Position numbers and translations under genes: made by a program | Notes under the pieces: model-generated | Database searches by the model: none | Told to the model about the DNA's origin: nothing | Seen by the model: only the letters and a program-made list of their open reading frames with translations | Virus record (IMG/VR): IMGVR_UViG_3300033998_000455 | DNA length: 64,000 nucleotides | Strand: one strand, 5' to 3' | Source: an uncultured virus (IMG/VR IMGVR_UViG_3300033998_000455) | Lineage: Duplodnaviria > Heunggongvirae > Uroviricota > Caudoviricetes | Part shown: positions 18,734-28,349 of the stretch, piece after piece | Layout: every line of letters starts with the position of its first letter | Numbering within the stretch: the stretch's first letter is position 1

Positions 18734-18771
18734 TGTAAAACCTCCTCAATTAGGATTTCGTTAGTAGTTTT

Positions 18772-18800
18772 ATTATACCCCAAAGAGAAGGTTTTTACAA
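18772..18800 (-). promoter_or_regulatory. Sigma-A promoter of the ATPase-RloB moron
   Basis: TTGTAA-17 nt-TATAAT on the minus strand. Confidence 0.65.
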
Positions 18801-18894
18801 CTTTACTTGAGGTTTTTTCTCAAGTTTGTCTTGTTTTTAGAGTTATAAGTCTTCCTATTGTCCTTTTATGTCGATTAAAGACATATAATTCGTT

Positions 18895-19311
18895 TTATTT
18901 ACTTCCATCCTTATCGCCTCCATCTTTTAGCTGCTCTAGGATGTCTTTGAGCTTCTCTGGGATAGGCAGTCCAAGTCTTGATGCATTTTCAATGATGCTA
19001 ATCCCTTCATTGGACAGATAAAAGAAAATCACTGCTGTTCTAATTGCACTACCATCTCCGATAATGTTCTGATCAATGATGTGCGCCACACCTACTAGGG
19101 AGAAAATCACTACTTTCTTGAAAATCCCCTTAGCACCTACATCGCTGGATAAGTGCTTTTCTAGCACAGCACACATGACCCCAAGCAAATAGTCGATCAC
19201 CACGAAGGCAATCAAAGCATACAAAAACCCATCATAACCTCCCAAAAAGTAACCCAACCAACCGCCCACAGCTGCAAATATCATCTGAACAATGTTCCAA
19301 ATTTCTCTCAT
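18895..19311 (-). CDS. Phage holin (Phage_holin_4 type)
   Basis: Hydrophobic segments; DYLLG, SS..GAKGIFKK, NEGISIIEN..RLGLPIP. Confidence 0.92.
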   Translation of the reverse strand: MREIWNIVQMIFAAVGGWLGYFLGGYDGFLYALIAFVVIDYLLGVMCAVLEKHLSSDVGAKGIFKKVVIFSLVGVAHIIDQNIIGDGSAIRTAVIFFYLSNEGISIIENASRLGLPIPEKLKDILEQLKDGGDKDGSK

Positions 19312-19380
19312 TGTTTTTCCCTCACTTTCATAAATTGTTGTATATAAAAAGACGCCCGGTGAAGGACGTCATAGTTTTCA

Positions 19381-20454
19381 TTAATATGGAGCATAGTAAA
19401 CATAGCCACTAGCCTTAGCATAGAACCCATCTCCAGGAATGTAGATAGCACCATCGAAGGTATCATACTGGCTTGTCGTGAATCCCGGCTGCTCCACCCC
19501 TTCCCAATAAAGACCATCATTGGAGACACAAAGCATACTCTCTTTTAAAAGAGCAAACTTCCCCCAGTCCTCCATCCAAATGATGTTCCTTGGATTTGGG
19601 ATGTTGTTGTTGGCCAGATCTCCTACCCATGATAGATTGGTCTCTGTAATCTGCGTGGCATCGTCATTCATGACACAGAGTTTCACATAGTAGGTGTAAT
19701 CACCGCCCACATTGGTGTAGTTGAACTTCATCACAAAGAGGACATCATTTACAGACCGGATAAACATATACCGTGTGTCATTCACATCTTCCGGGATGGT
19801 CGTGGTCCAAAGACCGGGACTGGCTGAACTAGCTCTTGCTATGGATTTATCCCCACCAACCACACCGACAAAGTTTCCTTTATGGGTGGTCAGGTATTTG
19901 AAAATCGGTACCGAGGTTCCATCAGATCCAACTAAGGTCCATGCAGTTCTCTCCTCCAAGGAATCAAAGCTGTAATAGACCGGAGACTTGTAGTACCACC
20001 AGCTGACGATACCAGAGCCTCTGGCCATATCATAAGCTCCGCAGGTCATAGCATTATAGGCTCCCGGACAGTATCCAGCATTATGCCAAGTGATGCCATC
20101 AAAGGAAGCGATGACATTGGCAAGCCCTACGATTTTGGCAATAAAGACACCATCTGCTGCATAGAGAATCTCCGGCTGACCATAGCTCCACCATGGAACG
20201 CTGACAACGGTCCACTGCTTGGTGGTCTTATTCCAGTAGGACATATACGGAGTCTTTGCATAATAAACTGCGATCTGTGCATTGCCATTATCATAGACAT
20301 TGATCTGCTTCTCACTTCCATATTGGGTATAGCCAAAGTTGTTATAATACTTCTTGGTCCAGCTCAAAGTGGGGATGGTGAAGAGGACCTCACCACGTCC
20401 TCCGAAGGCTGTCCAGATGGCCAGTGTATTATTAAAAATATGATCATAGCTCAT
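19381..20454 (-). CDS. Putative receptor-binding/tail tip protein, aromatic-rich, probably a beta-propeller
   Basis: Last tail gene before the holin; Asp-box-like SFDGITW and SNDGLYW motifs. Confidence 0.55.
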   Translation of the reverse strand: MSYDHIFNNTLAIWTAFGGRGEVLFTIPTLSWTKKYYNNFGYTQYGSEKQINVYDNGNAQIAVYYAKTPYMSYWNKTTKQWTVVSVPWWSYGQPEILYAADGVFIAKIVGLANVIASFDGITWHNAGYCPGAYNAMTCGAYDMARGSGIVSWWYYKSPVYYSFDSLEERTAWTLVGSDGTSVPIFKYLTTHKGNFVGVVGGDKSIARASSASPGLWTTTIPEDVNDTRYMFIRSVNDVLFVMKFNYTNVGGDYTYYVKLCVMNDDATQITETNLSWVGDLANNNIPNPRNIIWMEDWGKFALLKESMLCVSNDGLYWEGVEQPGFTTSQYDTFDGAIYIPGDGFYAKASGYVYYAPY

Positions 20455-20469
20455 GGATTCAGCCCTCCT

Positions 20470-21597
20470 TTATACTTTCGTGACACTGGTGATTCGACCA
20501 CCGCTATCCACGGTGTAGTTGTATGTCGCGGTTGTTCCATCTGCATATTCGATATAAAAACTCATCATATCCACCGTTAAAGTGGAGACTTCTTTTAAGA
20601 GAAGCTCCGAGAAAATATTGTCGAGGGTGATGCTTGTGATTCTTCCCCCGCTGTCTGTGGTGTACTGATACTGTGCGTGATATTGATGGGTATCGCCCTT
20701 TTCTACGGTGTAGGTCACATCAATGGTGGTTTCAGTCACAACCAAATTAGAGACAATGGTATAGGACACTCCCAGGTCATTCACCTGTGTTTGAATATCA
20801 TCCACGGAGCTTCCCACATTATTTAAAGAACTTTCAATCCGGTAAAAGGTGTCTGAAATGCTGGGTCTATATTTCCCAACCTCCACCCGGATGTTGTAGC
20901 GATAGAACGGATTGTATTCCAGGGAGATGATTCTCGTCTTCACGTTGATTCCCAAGGGACTAAATACAATCTGCACATTATCGCCCACTGCAAGATTTAA
21001 AAGTTTAAAGAATGAAATATCATAAGAAGAAGCATTCTCCCTGGAATCATGGGATACCGCCACGTTGGTGACATTCTTTGAATCCATCACCGGGATATAA
21101 TCAGTACTTCCCCTGTGACTTCGGATGTTGATGTTGTAACCATCGTACTCAATCTCCCCGCCAAGGATGGCGATATACTGCATGAGAGCTGCCCTTCTTG
21201 ATACTTCCTGATTGATCTTCATGGTGACACTTTCTGTATAATCAACAACCCCTGCATTAAAAGGGGTTCCAGAAAGAACCTGGGCAAGTCCTGCCGCCGG
21301 ATCCCCGGTGAAATCAAACTCTGTAATGTTATACATCTCATGGTTCAGGATATAGGAGACATGTTCGCAGATCACGGAACAGATGGGAAGGCTGCCCTGA
21401 AGACTCTTTGATATCTGTACGATTTCAAAATACTGATCATCCAGCTTTGCGATCTGTTTTACCTTAAGAGCTAACGCCGATTTCGCAAGAACTGTAAATG
21501 AAAGGGTGTACTCCCCTTCCAAAGTTTCTCTAACATTAGAACTCATAACTTTTTTGATGCTTTGAAGCAAAGTACTACCTGCATAGATTTCAATCAA
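20470..21597 (-). CDS. Tail spike/hub protein (prophage tail endopeptidase N-terminal type) with a duplicated C-terminal module
   Basis: Directly follows the tape measure gene; EGEYTLSF, CEHVSY, GGEIEYD; DSGGRITS occurs twice. Confidence 0.75.
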   Translation of the reverse strand: MIEIYAGSTLLQSIKKVMSSNVRETLEGEYTLSFTVLAKSALALKVKQIAKLDDQYFEIVQISKSLQGSLPICSVICEHVSYILNHEMYNITEFDFTGDPAAGLAQVLSGTPFNAGVVDYTESVTMKINQEVSRRAALMQYIAILGGEIEYDGYNINIRSHRGSTDYIPVMDSKNVTNVAVSHDSRENASSYDISFFKLLNLAVGDNVQIVFSPLGINVKTRIISLEYNPFYRYNIRVEVGKYRPSISDTFYRIESSLNNVGSSVDDIQTQVNDLGVSYTIVSNLVVTETTIDVTYTVEKGDTHQYHAQYQYTTDSGGRITSITLDNIFSELLLKEVSTLTVDMMSFYIEYADGTTATYNYTVDSGGRITSVTKV

Positions 21598-21618
21598 GGC
21601 TCACCCCTCCTCTCTGTT

Positions 21619-23892
21619 TTAACTTCCTGCCACTCCGAGGTTTCTGACGGTGACGGTGTTCTGATTCCACTGCAATTGCGCAATGACACGGGTTAGGATG
21701 TTGCCATCGATGGTAAGTGGAATGGTCACATCAAAGACTGCACCTTCAGAACCTCCGAGACTTCCTGATACTTGAGAATTCAGATTGAGGTCAAAGTCTG
21801 TAGGAATAGCGCCTTGAATGTCTTTTTCAACCCCGCTCATGGCCTCAGTGAATCCTTCTCCGATACCTTCACTCATGTTGGCACCAATACCCGCGAACAC
21901 TTTAGAAGGTGAACGGATTCCAAGAACGCCTTTAACACCTTTGACAATGCCGCTGACCATGCTGTCGACTTTTCCTTTAAGCCACCCTATCATGGATGAA
22001 ATACCATCCCATAGACCTCTTGCAATGTTTCGTCCCACATCCATCATGGATGGGATAGCCCTCCCAAGACCTGTCACGATAGCAGTGATGATTTGGGGGA
22101 GCTGACCGACAAGTTGAGGAATGGCTCTGATCAGTCCTGCCGCCAGTTGGATCGTCAGTTGAATGCCCATCTCAATAATCTTAGGTAGATTATTTGTGAT
22201 GAAGGTAATGATACTATTTATGATTTGAGGCAGGGCATCTATTAGCTTCGGCAGTGAATTAAGTAGACCTTGAGCGAGTCCGCTTATGATCTGAAAAGCT
22301 GCATCCAGCACCAAATCTAGATTATTAATCAACGTCTGGGCAATAAGAATAACCGCTTCTACAATGGAAGGAACCAGCTCCGGAAGGGCTTCACCAAGAC
22401 CCGTGGCAAGGGTTACAATCATCACAAGTGCTGCTTCTACAAGTGCTGGTAAATTGGCGATAATACCATCCACCAAAGTAAGAACCAGTTGAAGTGCCCC
22501 TTCTGTAATTTGCGGCAGTGCTTCTATAAGTCCTCCCACAATGGTCATAATAATATTGGTGGCGGCTTCAATGAGCGTTGGCAAGTTATCAAGAATACCA
22601 TTTACAAGAGCGAGAACTAGATCCGGTGCAACCTCAGCAATGGCAGCTATAAGTCCAGTCACCACCTCTAAAATCTGAGGTAGGATGACTGCAATCTGGT
22701 CCACCGTTTGTCTGGCCCCTTCTTTCAGCTGTTCTGCCGCTCCCTCCTGACCGGTGATAAGTCCGGTAAGTCCATCTAGAACCATGGTGAATCCTGGAAG
22801 GAGCTGCGAAGTGATGTTGTTTTTCACACCAGCAAAAGATCGGGTGAGGTTATCCATGGCATCGGTGTAATTAACAGCCGCATCAATGGATTCATCGCTC
22901 ATCACCAGTCCAAGTTCACTGGCTTTATTCTTTAGAGCATCTGTACTTTCTGCCGTTTGATTTAAAAGAGCGCCAAGTTCAACAGATGATGTTCCGAGAA
23001 GATCGTTGGCAATTGCAGCTTTTTCACCTTCATCTGCAATGCCCTGTAGTCCCTTTACGGTCATTTCAAAGACTTCTTCTCGGGATTTGCCTTGAAGATC
23101 CTCCATTGAAATGCCCAGTCTCTTGAATTTATCAGTGGCAGAAGCACTTCCGTTAATGGCATCATCCACGGTATTATTCAGTTTTTTCATCCCGTTTTCT
23201 AAAGATGAGATGCTGGCACCGTTTTGAGAGAGAACATACTCCCATTCCTGATAGCCTTGTCTCGAAAGGCCTATTCTCTGACTGGCTTTATCCACTTCAT
23301 CTCCGGCAGCGGCTGCATCATTTGCCATATCATATAATTTCTTTCCTGCGCTGACTGCTGCAGTTCCTATGGCTGCCATGGCCACACCAATACCGGCGGC
23401 CACACCTTTCATGACAGATCCAAGTTTCTCAAACTTTCCACCTGAATCATCTGCTACTTTAGCTGACTCTTTAATTTCATCTCCAAACTCGTCAGCTTCT
23501 TTACCTGCATCTCCGAATCCATCACTGGCTTCATCAAGAGCTTTGTTGTTTTCATCCAGCTCCCGCTCCATCTTGTTAAGATCAGCATTGGCGTTATTCA
23601 GCTGAATCTGCCAGGCTTTGGTTCGCTTATCATTTTCACCAAAGGATTCGGCGGCATTCTTAAGGGCAGATTCCAAGGTGCTGATTTTATTCTTTTGGGC
23701 ATCGATCTCTTTATTCAACACTTCATTTCTTGCTGTCACTGCCTGTAGAGATTTATCCTGTTTGTCGAACTGGGAAGTGACGAGTTTCATTTCAGAGCCT
23801 AACACTTTAAAATCTCTGTTGATTTCTCGAAGTGCGTTTTTGAATTCCTTTTCCCCTTCGACCCCAATCTTCAGTCCAAAATTATCTGCCAT
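21619..23892 (-). CDS. Tail tape measure protein, 757 aa
   Basis: MADNFGLKIGVEGEKEFK N-terminus, long amphipathic helical repeats, GIRSPSKVF. Confidence 0.92.
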   Translation of the reverse strand: MADNFGLKIGVEGEKEFKNALREINRDFKVLGSEMKLVTSQFDKQDKSLQAVTARNEVLNKEIDAQKNKISTLESALKNAAESFGENDKRTKAWQIQLNNANADLNKMERELDENNKALDEASDGFGDAGKEADEFGDEIKESAKVADDSGGKFEKLGSVMKGVAAGIGVAMAAIGTAAVSAGKKLYDMANDAAAAGDEVDKASQRIGLSRQGYQEWEYVLSQNGASISSLENGMKKLNNTVDDAINGSASATDKFKRLGISMEDLQGKSREEVFEMTVKGLQGIADEGEKAAIANDLLGTSSVELGALLNQTAESTDALKNKASELGLVMSDESIDAAVNYTDAMDNLTRSFAGVKNNITSQLLPGFTMVLDGLTGLITGQEGAAEQLKEGARQTVDQIAVILPQILEVVTGLIAAIAEVAPDLVLALVNGILDNLPTLIEAATNIIMTIVGGLIEALPQITEGALQLVLTLVDGIIANLPALVEAALVMIVTLATGLGEALPELVPSIVEAVILIAQTLINNLDLVLDAAFQIISGLAQGLLNSLPKLIDALPQIINSIITFITNNLPKIIEMGIQLTIQLAAGLIRAIPQLVGQLPQIITAIVTGLGRAIPSMMDVGRNIARGLWDGISSMIGWLKGKVDSMVSGIVKGVKGVLGIRSPSKVFAGIGANMSEGIGEGFTEAMSGVEKDIQGAIPTDFDLNLNSQVSGSLGGSEGAVFDVTIPLTIDGNILTRVIAQLQWNQNTVTVRNLGVAGS

Positions 23893-24043
23893 AGTGCCTC
23901 ACCTCCTCATCATTAGGCATGAAAAAAGACACCTCATTTGAAGTGTCTCGTAATGTAACGTTAAAATTTTCAATGTAACAATCGTTCTGTACCATATACA
24001 GTTAATATTGTTAAATTATCCTTTTCATTGAGCCTATTTTATG

Positions 24044-24877
24044 TCACTTAAAAACTGCTCTTAGAATATCAGTAATTTCATCAAACTGAATACCCTCTGC
24101 ATAGGGAAACTTCTGCACATATGATTCCCAAATTGTCTTAAGATCTTCACTTTCCTCTATATCTTTTAAATACTTCTCACTATTCTCTAAATAGATCAAT
24201 GTGTTTCTTTCTTCAGCTTTCTTTCGAATTGCGTTTCTTAGACTTTCTAAATCAATATCATTTCTTCGAAGTGTTAGAAGCATATAAACATCATAATAAT
24301 CCCTAGCTCTGGTATTTGCCACATTCCGCGCCAAAATAGACTCAATCTTTTCTGCAAGAATTGTATTTAAATTATACGCTTTTATTGAAATATCACGTTC
24401 TTCAAACATAAGCTTAAACGAATATTCTACTTCTCTTGGTATGATTACATCTCCAGTAGTGATGTCAATCTTCATATTGACTCTGATAGTAAAGAACTGG
24501 GCTTCTACAGAGACTCTGAAATCATCATAGTCACTAACATCATGGATGTTTTTAATAGCTTTTAGCCTAAAAATTACATTATCATCAAGCTCTATCGATA
24601 GAATCTCATTTAATATTTCTTCTATTGCCTCTCTATTGACAGGAATCCCTTTTATCGTTGTATCCATGTCCATAGTGCTTCTCATATCTATACCAACCAT
24701 AGCTGCAATCAAGAATCCACCTTTGAGGATAAAATTGTCTTTGTACTTTGAAATCGAAATTCTTTCTAGAAGCCTTTCCATCATAAAATTCTGAAGCACA
24801 GTATTCGCTATCAAATTATTCTCTTTAGCCACATTGTTAATCCAGTCTTTCAATTGTCTAGGACTACCAATTTTCAT
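24044..24877 (-). CDS. abiEii: AbiEii/AbiGii nucleotidyltransferase toxin (type IV TA)
   Basis: ILKGG, RSTMDMD, LAEK, NTRARDYYD. Confidence 0.9.
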   Translation of the reverse strand: MKIGSPRQLKDWINNVAKENNLIANTVLQNFMMERLLERISISKYKDNFILKGGFLIAAMVGIDMRSTMDMDTTIKGIPVNREAIEEILNEILSIELDDNVIFRLKAIKNIHDVSDYDDFRVSVEAQFFTIRVNMKIDITTGDVIIPREVEYSFKLMFEERDISIKAYNLNTILAEKIESILARNVANTRARDYYDVYMLLTLRRNDIDLESLRNAIRKKAEERNTLIYLENSEKYLKDIEESEDLKTIWESYVQKFPYAEGIQFDEITDILRAVFK

Positions 24878-25473
24878 GTCAACACCTCCATGTATTTTCG
24901 AACCAAATCTTTAATATTAAAAACATCGGCATACTTAAGTAGTTTAGAATAATCTGCTCCGGGAGTTTTCATATATCTTTTGACTGCTTCATTCACTAAA
25001 TCAGTATCGAGATGTTCTTTCTTTTTTAGGCAGTCACAAATGGTTCTTTCTTTATCATATACATAGACTTGATGCCCAAATGGTGTCTCCATGGTAATCC
25101 TACCAACTGTATAAAGCTTCTCCGCAATATAAAAGAACTTGTATTTTTCTTTCTCTTTCAGGAGCCTAGTATTGTATCCTGATGGAATTGTCAGCATTAA
25201 TTGGAAAGGTGTCCTATCTGTTAAATCGTGAAAATATAATGCTGTCTCATGGGAAAAGATACCTTTTTTACATCTGTACTGAGTTAAAAAGTACTCATCT
25301 TCCATCTGATCAGGGTCCATATATAACCCTTGCTCAAGTTTTTCAATTTCACCAACCTGATACATACGTTGTAGAGTTTTATAAGCCACACCAGCTTCTT
25401 TAGCTTCACCTGATGTCAAAATACCTTTGTTGTCTTTCAATAGTTTAGTCACTAAATCCTTTTGAGTCATCAA
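24874..25473 (-). CDS. abiEi: AbiEi antitoxin / transcriptional autorepressor
   Basis: N-terminal wHTH, GIFSHETAL, YDKERTICD; overlaps the toxin start. Confidence 0.9.
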   Translation of the reverse strand: MMTQKDLVTKLLKDNKGILTSGEAKEAGVAYKTLQRMYQVGEIEKLEQGLYMDPDQMEDEYFLTQYRCKKGIFSHETALYFHDLTDRTPFQLMLTIPSGYNTRLLKEKEKYKFFYIAEKLYTVGRITMETPFGHQVYVYDKERTICDCLKKKEHLDTDLVNEAVKRYMKTPGADYSKLLKYADVFNIKDLVRKYMEVLT

Positions 25474-25486
25474 ATCACCTCTTCAT

Positions 25487-25675
25487 TTGTCATATTCGTT
25501 CGTAAATATAATATCATATACGAACGAATATGACAACTATTTTTTTGCTAATTTTTAGGAGATGATTCAATTTTACCTTTTATGCTAAAATAATATTTTA
25601 TGTTAGCACAATTGACAATACCGTTTTGTCATTTTTGTTCGTATAATTTGTTGTTCATACGCACAAATATGACAC
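25487..25675 (-). promoter_or_regulatory. abiE promoter with two inverted-repeat operators
   Basis: IR1 25487-25536 has perfect 18-bp arms TTGTCATATTCGTTCGTA with a 14-nt spacer and contains TTGTCA-17-TATTAT. IR2 25626-25675 is a degenerate copy with the same spacer. Confidence 0.82.
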
Positions 25676-25885
25676 CTAAAGCCACGCAGGAATTACATCA
25701 TCAATAAACAGTTCTCGCTTCGGTTTTGCAATGCCGATAAACTGCTTGTGGCATTCCCAAAGGTCCATCAAGTATCCTATAGGCATCAACCACACCTCGT
25801 CTTCTTTTCGATTGAGATGGGCTGTGCCGTAGTAGATCAGTCGGGTAAATAACTCTTCATCACTTACCCGACTACCTCGTTTTTT
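25676..25885 (-). CDS. Tail assembly chaperone frameshift extension (gpT-like), not in the ORF track
   Basis: The -1 frame is open from slippery A AAA AAC (25879-25885) to TAG at 25676: RGSRVSDEELFTRLIYYG...DDVIPAWL. Confidence 0.75.
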   Translation of the reverse strand, partial: KKRGSRVSDEELFTRLIYYGTAHLNRKEDEVWLMPIGYLMDLWECHKQFIGIAKPKRELFIDDVIPAWL

Positions 25886-26274
25886 GAGGCTTCACTCTCC
25901 ACATTTCTCTTGGTTCCCTTCATCATACTGGCCATGATGGCATTCTTATAGGTCGCTAAATCAAAAGGTGTGGTAAGAAGCTCCACTTCTTCTTCGGTAA
26001 TAAGATCTTTTTTCTTGTCCTTATTTCTGATGTTGTGAATCAAGATGGACTGATTGGCCAGAAGCGTTATCAGCCACACGATCTCATCAAGTGCCATTTC
26101 AAAGTTCTCAGTTTTCATTAGCTTCTCGCCCAGGTTTTCAAGACCACCATAACGCCCAGCAATTTCTTTTGTCGCTTTCGTAGTCAGCACCAGTTTAAAT
26201 TCTGTCCCACCGATTTCTATGGTGGCACTTCTATCTTCAGCCACTTCAGTAAGTTTTACATTTTCATCTGCCAT
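25864..26274 (-). CDS. Tail assembly chaperone (gpG-like)
   Basis: Lies between the major tail and tape measure genes; slippery site near its 3' end. Confidence 0.8.
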   Translation of the reverse strand: MADENVKLTEVAEDRSATIEIGGTEFKLVLTTKATKEIAGRYGGLENLGEKLMKTENFEMALDEIVWLITLLANQSILIHNIRNKDKKKDLITEEEVELLTTPFDLATYKNAIMASMMKGTKRNVESEASKNEVVG

Positions 26275-26288
26275 TTATCTTCCCTCCA

Positions 26289-27170
26289 TTAAGATACGAT
26301 TACTGTTGCTACATCAGTGGTGACAGGATCTGCTCCACTTAGATTCAGCACACAGTAGTAGTAATAGGTATCTGCCACAAGATCTATCGGGATATCAAAG
26401 CTGGCAGAGGTTTCTCCATTAATCGGTGTACCGCCTGTAGAACTGTCGATGGTGTTTTCATACCACTGATACGTTACAGGGTTAGACGTATTGGAGCTTG
26501 CAACCACAGAAAGGCTTCCAGTAATGCTACCAGCTGTCACTTCTGTGAGAGCTGCTGGCTGAGTCGTAATGGTAATCGCCGGTGTTACCGGAGTAAAGTC
26601 CGGTTCATAAACAGAGGTAAACCATCCAGAAATGGTCGATGGTGCAACACCGATGTCTCCCTCAGTGACTTCTGCTTTCCACGGATGCTTATTCTCACCA
26701 TCCAGTTTGTTTCGCCTAAAGACCGTTCCTTCTATGGTGGGACTACTAAATGTAATGGAGTCACCTTTGGTCGCAAGGCTGGTGGCCGGAACGCTGAAGA
26801 TAACTCTGTAAAGCCAGAAGTATCTGTACCTTCCATTGGCCTTCTTGGCACGAAACCCGATGGCTACAGGGCTTCCTCCATCTTCGCTTCTTGAAACAAC
26901 GACATTGTTGCTGTCGATTTTACACCCAGTCAAATCTTGTGCCACCAATGATCCGATATCATCGATTCCAAGTGTCAGTGCGCCACTTTTGAATTCCTTG
27001 ACCACTTCTGAAGCACCATCATCTGCATAAAGAATCGCTTCAATCAGCTCCACACTCAGTTCTGCTGTCATGGCTTTTGCCAGGACTTTCGGTGTGCCAT
27101 AGGTTTCGATGCCATTTTCATCTTCTGTAATCTTGGCGTAGTATAGACTATCGAGTCCAATTGTTGCCAT
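26289..27170 (-). CDS. Major tail protein (phi13 type) with C-terminal Ig-like domain
   Basis: MATIGLDSLYYA, LYADDG; C-terminal ITTQP...YQWY...YYYCV Ig-like pattern. Confidence 0.9.
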   Translation of the reverse strand: MATIGLDSLYYAKITEDENGIETYGTPKVLAKAMTAELSVELIEAILYADDGASEVVKEFKSGALTLGIDDIGSLVAQDLTGCKIDSNNVVVSRSEDGGSPVAIGFRAKKANGRYRYFWLYRVIFSVPATSLATKGDSITFSSPTIEGTVFRRNKLDGENKHPWKAEVTEGDIGVAPSTISGWFTSVYEPDFTPVTPAITITTQPAALTEVTAGSITGSLSVVASSNTSNPVTYQWYENTIDSSTGGTPINGETSASFDIPIDLVADTYYYYCVLNLSGADPVTTDVATVIVS

Positions 27171-27208
27171 ATTCTATTCCTCCTTCAAAATAGCTGAGTC
27201 AACTTCAG

Positions 27209-27556
27209 CTAAAAATCTAATTCGTAAACTTTTGCCACATCGATGGCGAAGTGGTGAAAACCAGTATCTTCTTCATATCCTAGATACCTTCTGTCTGTTA
27301 TGATAAAGCCTGCTCTAATAAGAACACTAACGACTTCATTCTTTCTTGCCTGGTAGTTGCCTTTTGAAAATAAGGAGAGGCGAACTTCCTGCAGTTCTGC
27401 ACTTGGCAGATCATCAGCATAATGATCGAAGATATCACTCATAGGGGTAAGGACCAGATATTCATCCGGTGCCTTTTTACTAAACACACCCGTTTCAATG
27501 GGAACCCCTATAGGCTCAAGGACCTCGCTTATATCCTTCAAAATACTGTTATACAC
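27209..27556 (-). CDS. Tail terminator/completion protein
   Basis: Position and size; YEEDTGFHH motif. Confidence 0.7.
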   Translation of the reverse strand: MYNSILKDISEVLEPIGVPIETGVFSKKAPDEYLVLTPMSDIFDHYADDLPSAELQEVRLSLFSKGNYQARKNEVVSVLIRAGFIITDRRYLGYEEDTGFHHFAIDVAKVYELDF

Positions 27557-27576
27557 GACCTTCGCCCTCCCTTCTT

Positions 27577-28008
27577 TTAGATTTTACTGATCTCTTCATC
27601 CAGCTTTCTTTTCATCGCTTCAATGCAGGCATTTCGACTGGCTGATTTTGCCGGTTTCAAGAAAGGCTTGGCGAGCTGACCAGACTTTCCATACTCTAAG
27701 ATGTTGGCGATCTTAGCATTTGACTCTCCGTCTTTTCTCGGTTCATCAAAGCCCACCTTCACATTGTAATTCCCATCTCGATCCACACCAGCTGGTGTAA
27801 CACCAAGAGCATCAACCAGCTCTCCTGTGGACCTTGAGGTCAGCTTTGTGTCACTACCAATGGTTGCCTGTAGATTCGCTTTCACTTTGGCTTTCACCAC
27901 TTCGCCACCAGCTTCTAGGACCTTTGGAATGATTTCATCGGTCTTTTCTGCCAAGGTGGATACTTTTAAAAGAAAATCCTCTGGCATTTTGTAACTTCCT
28001 CGTGCCAT
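27577..28008 (-). CDS. HK97 gp10-like tail component
   Basis: TGEL...LEYG...KPFLKPA. Confidence 0.82.
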   Translation of the reverse strand: MARGSYKMPEDFLLKVSTLAEKTDEIIPKVLEAGGEVVKAKVKANLQATIGSDTKLTSRSTGELVDALGVTPAGVDRDGNYNVKVGFDEPRKDGESNAKIANILEYGKSGQLAKPFLKPAKSASRNACIEAMKRKLDEEISKI

Positions 28009-28019
28009 GAAATCACCTC

Positions 28020-28349
28020 CTAGCCCTTTGCGGCTTCCAGCTTTTCTGCTGCTACTTCTAAATAAAATCCCATTATAACCTCAACGCTTAAGACTTTGTA
28101 CTCCCCGGTATCACAGCGGATCAGCATCCCTGGTTCAATCACCACATCAGGAATCCGTCTAAACTGGAAGGTTGCATTGGCTTTGGTGTAGGCGGCCATA
28201 TTGGCCCACTTTCTTGAACCGTGCCTTTCATCCCTGTATGCACGAACACTGGCGATCAAATTTTCTCCCTTAGAAGAGAATCCTTCATCGTCTTTGACGG
28301 GAATCGTATCGATGATGTCGATCCGGGTGTTCATCTTCCCAAAGCTCAT
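28020..28349 (-). CDS. Head-tail adaptor / head closure protein
   Basis: MSFGKMNTRI N-terminus; follows the connector gene. Confidence 0.78.
   Translation of the reverse strand: MSFGKMNTRIDIIDTIPVKDDEGFSSKGENLIASVRAYRDERHGSRKWANMAAYTKANATFQFRRIPDVVIEPGMLIRCDTGEYKVLSVEVIMGFYLEVAAEKLEAAKG

Noticed and set aside
19381..21597. Diversity-generating retroelement acting on the aromatic-rich tail protein
   Set aside because: No reverse transcriptase in the window, and I saw no template/variable repeat pair with adenine-specific mismatches.
8110..21597. Shufflon or tail-fibre inversion driven by the serine recombinases
   Set aside because: These are large integrase-type enzymes, and no inverted alternative gene ends or repeated inversion sites are visible near the tail genes.
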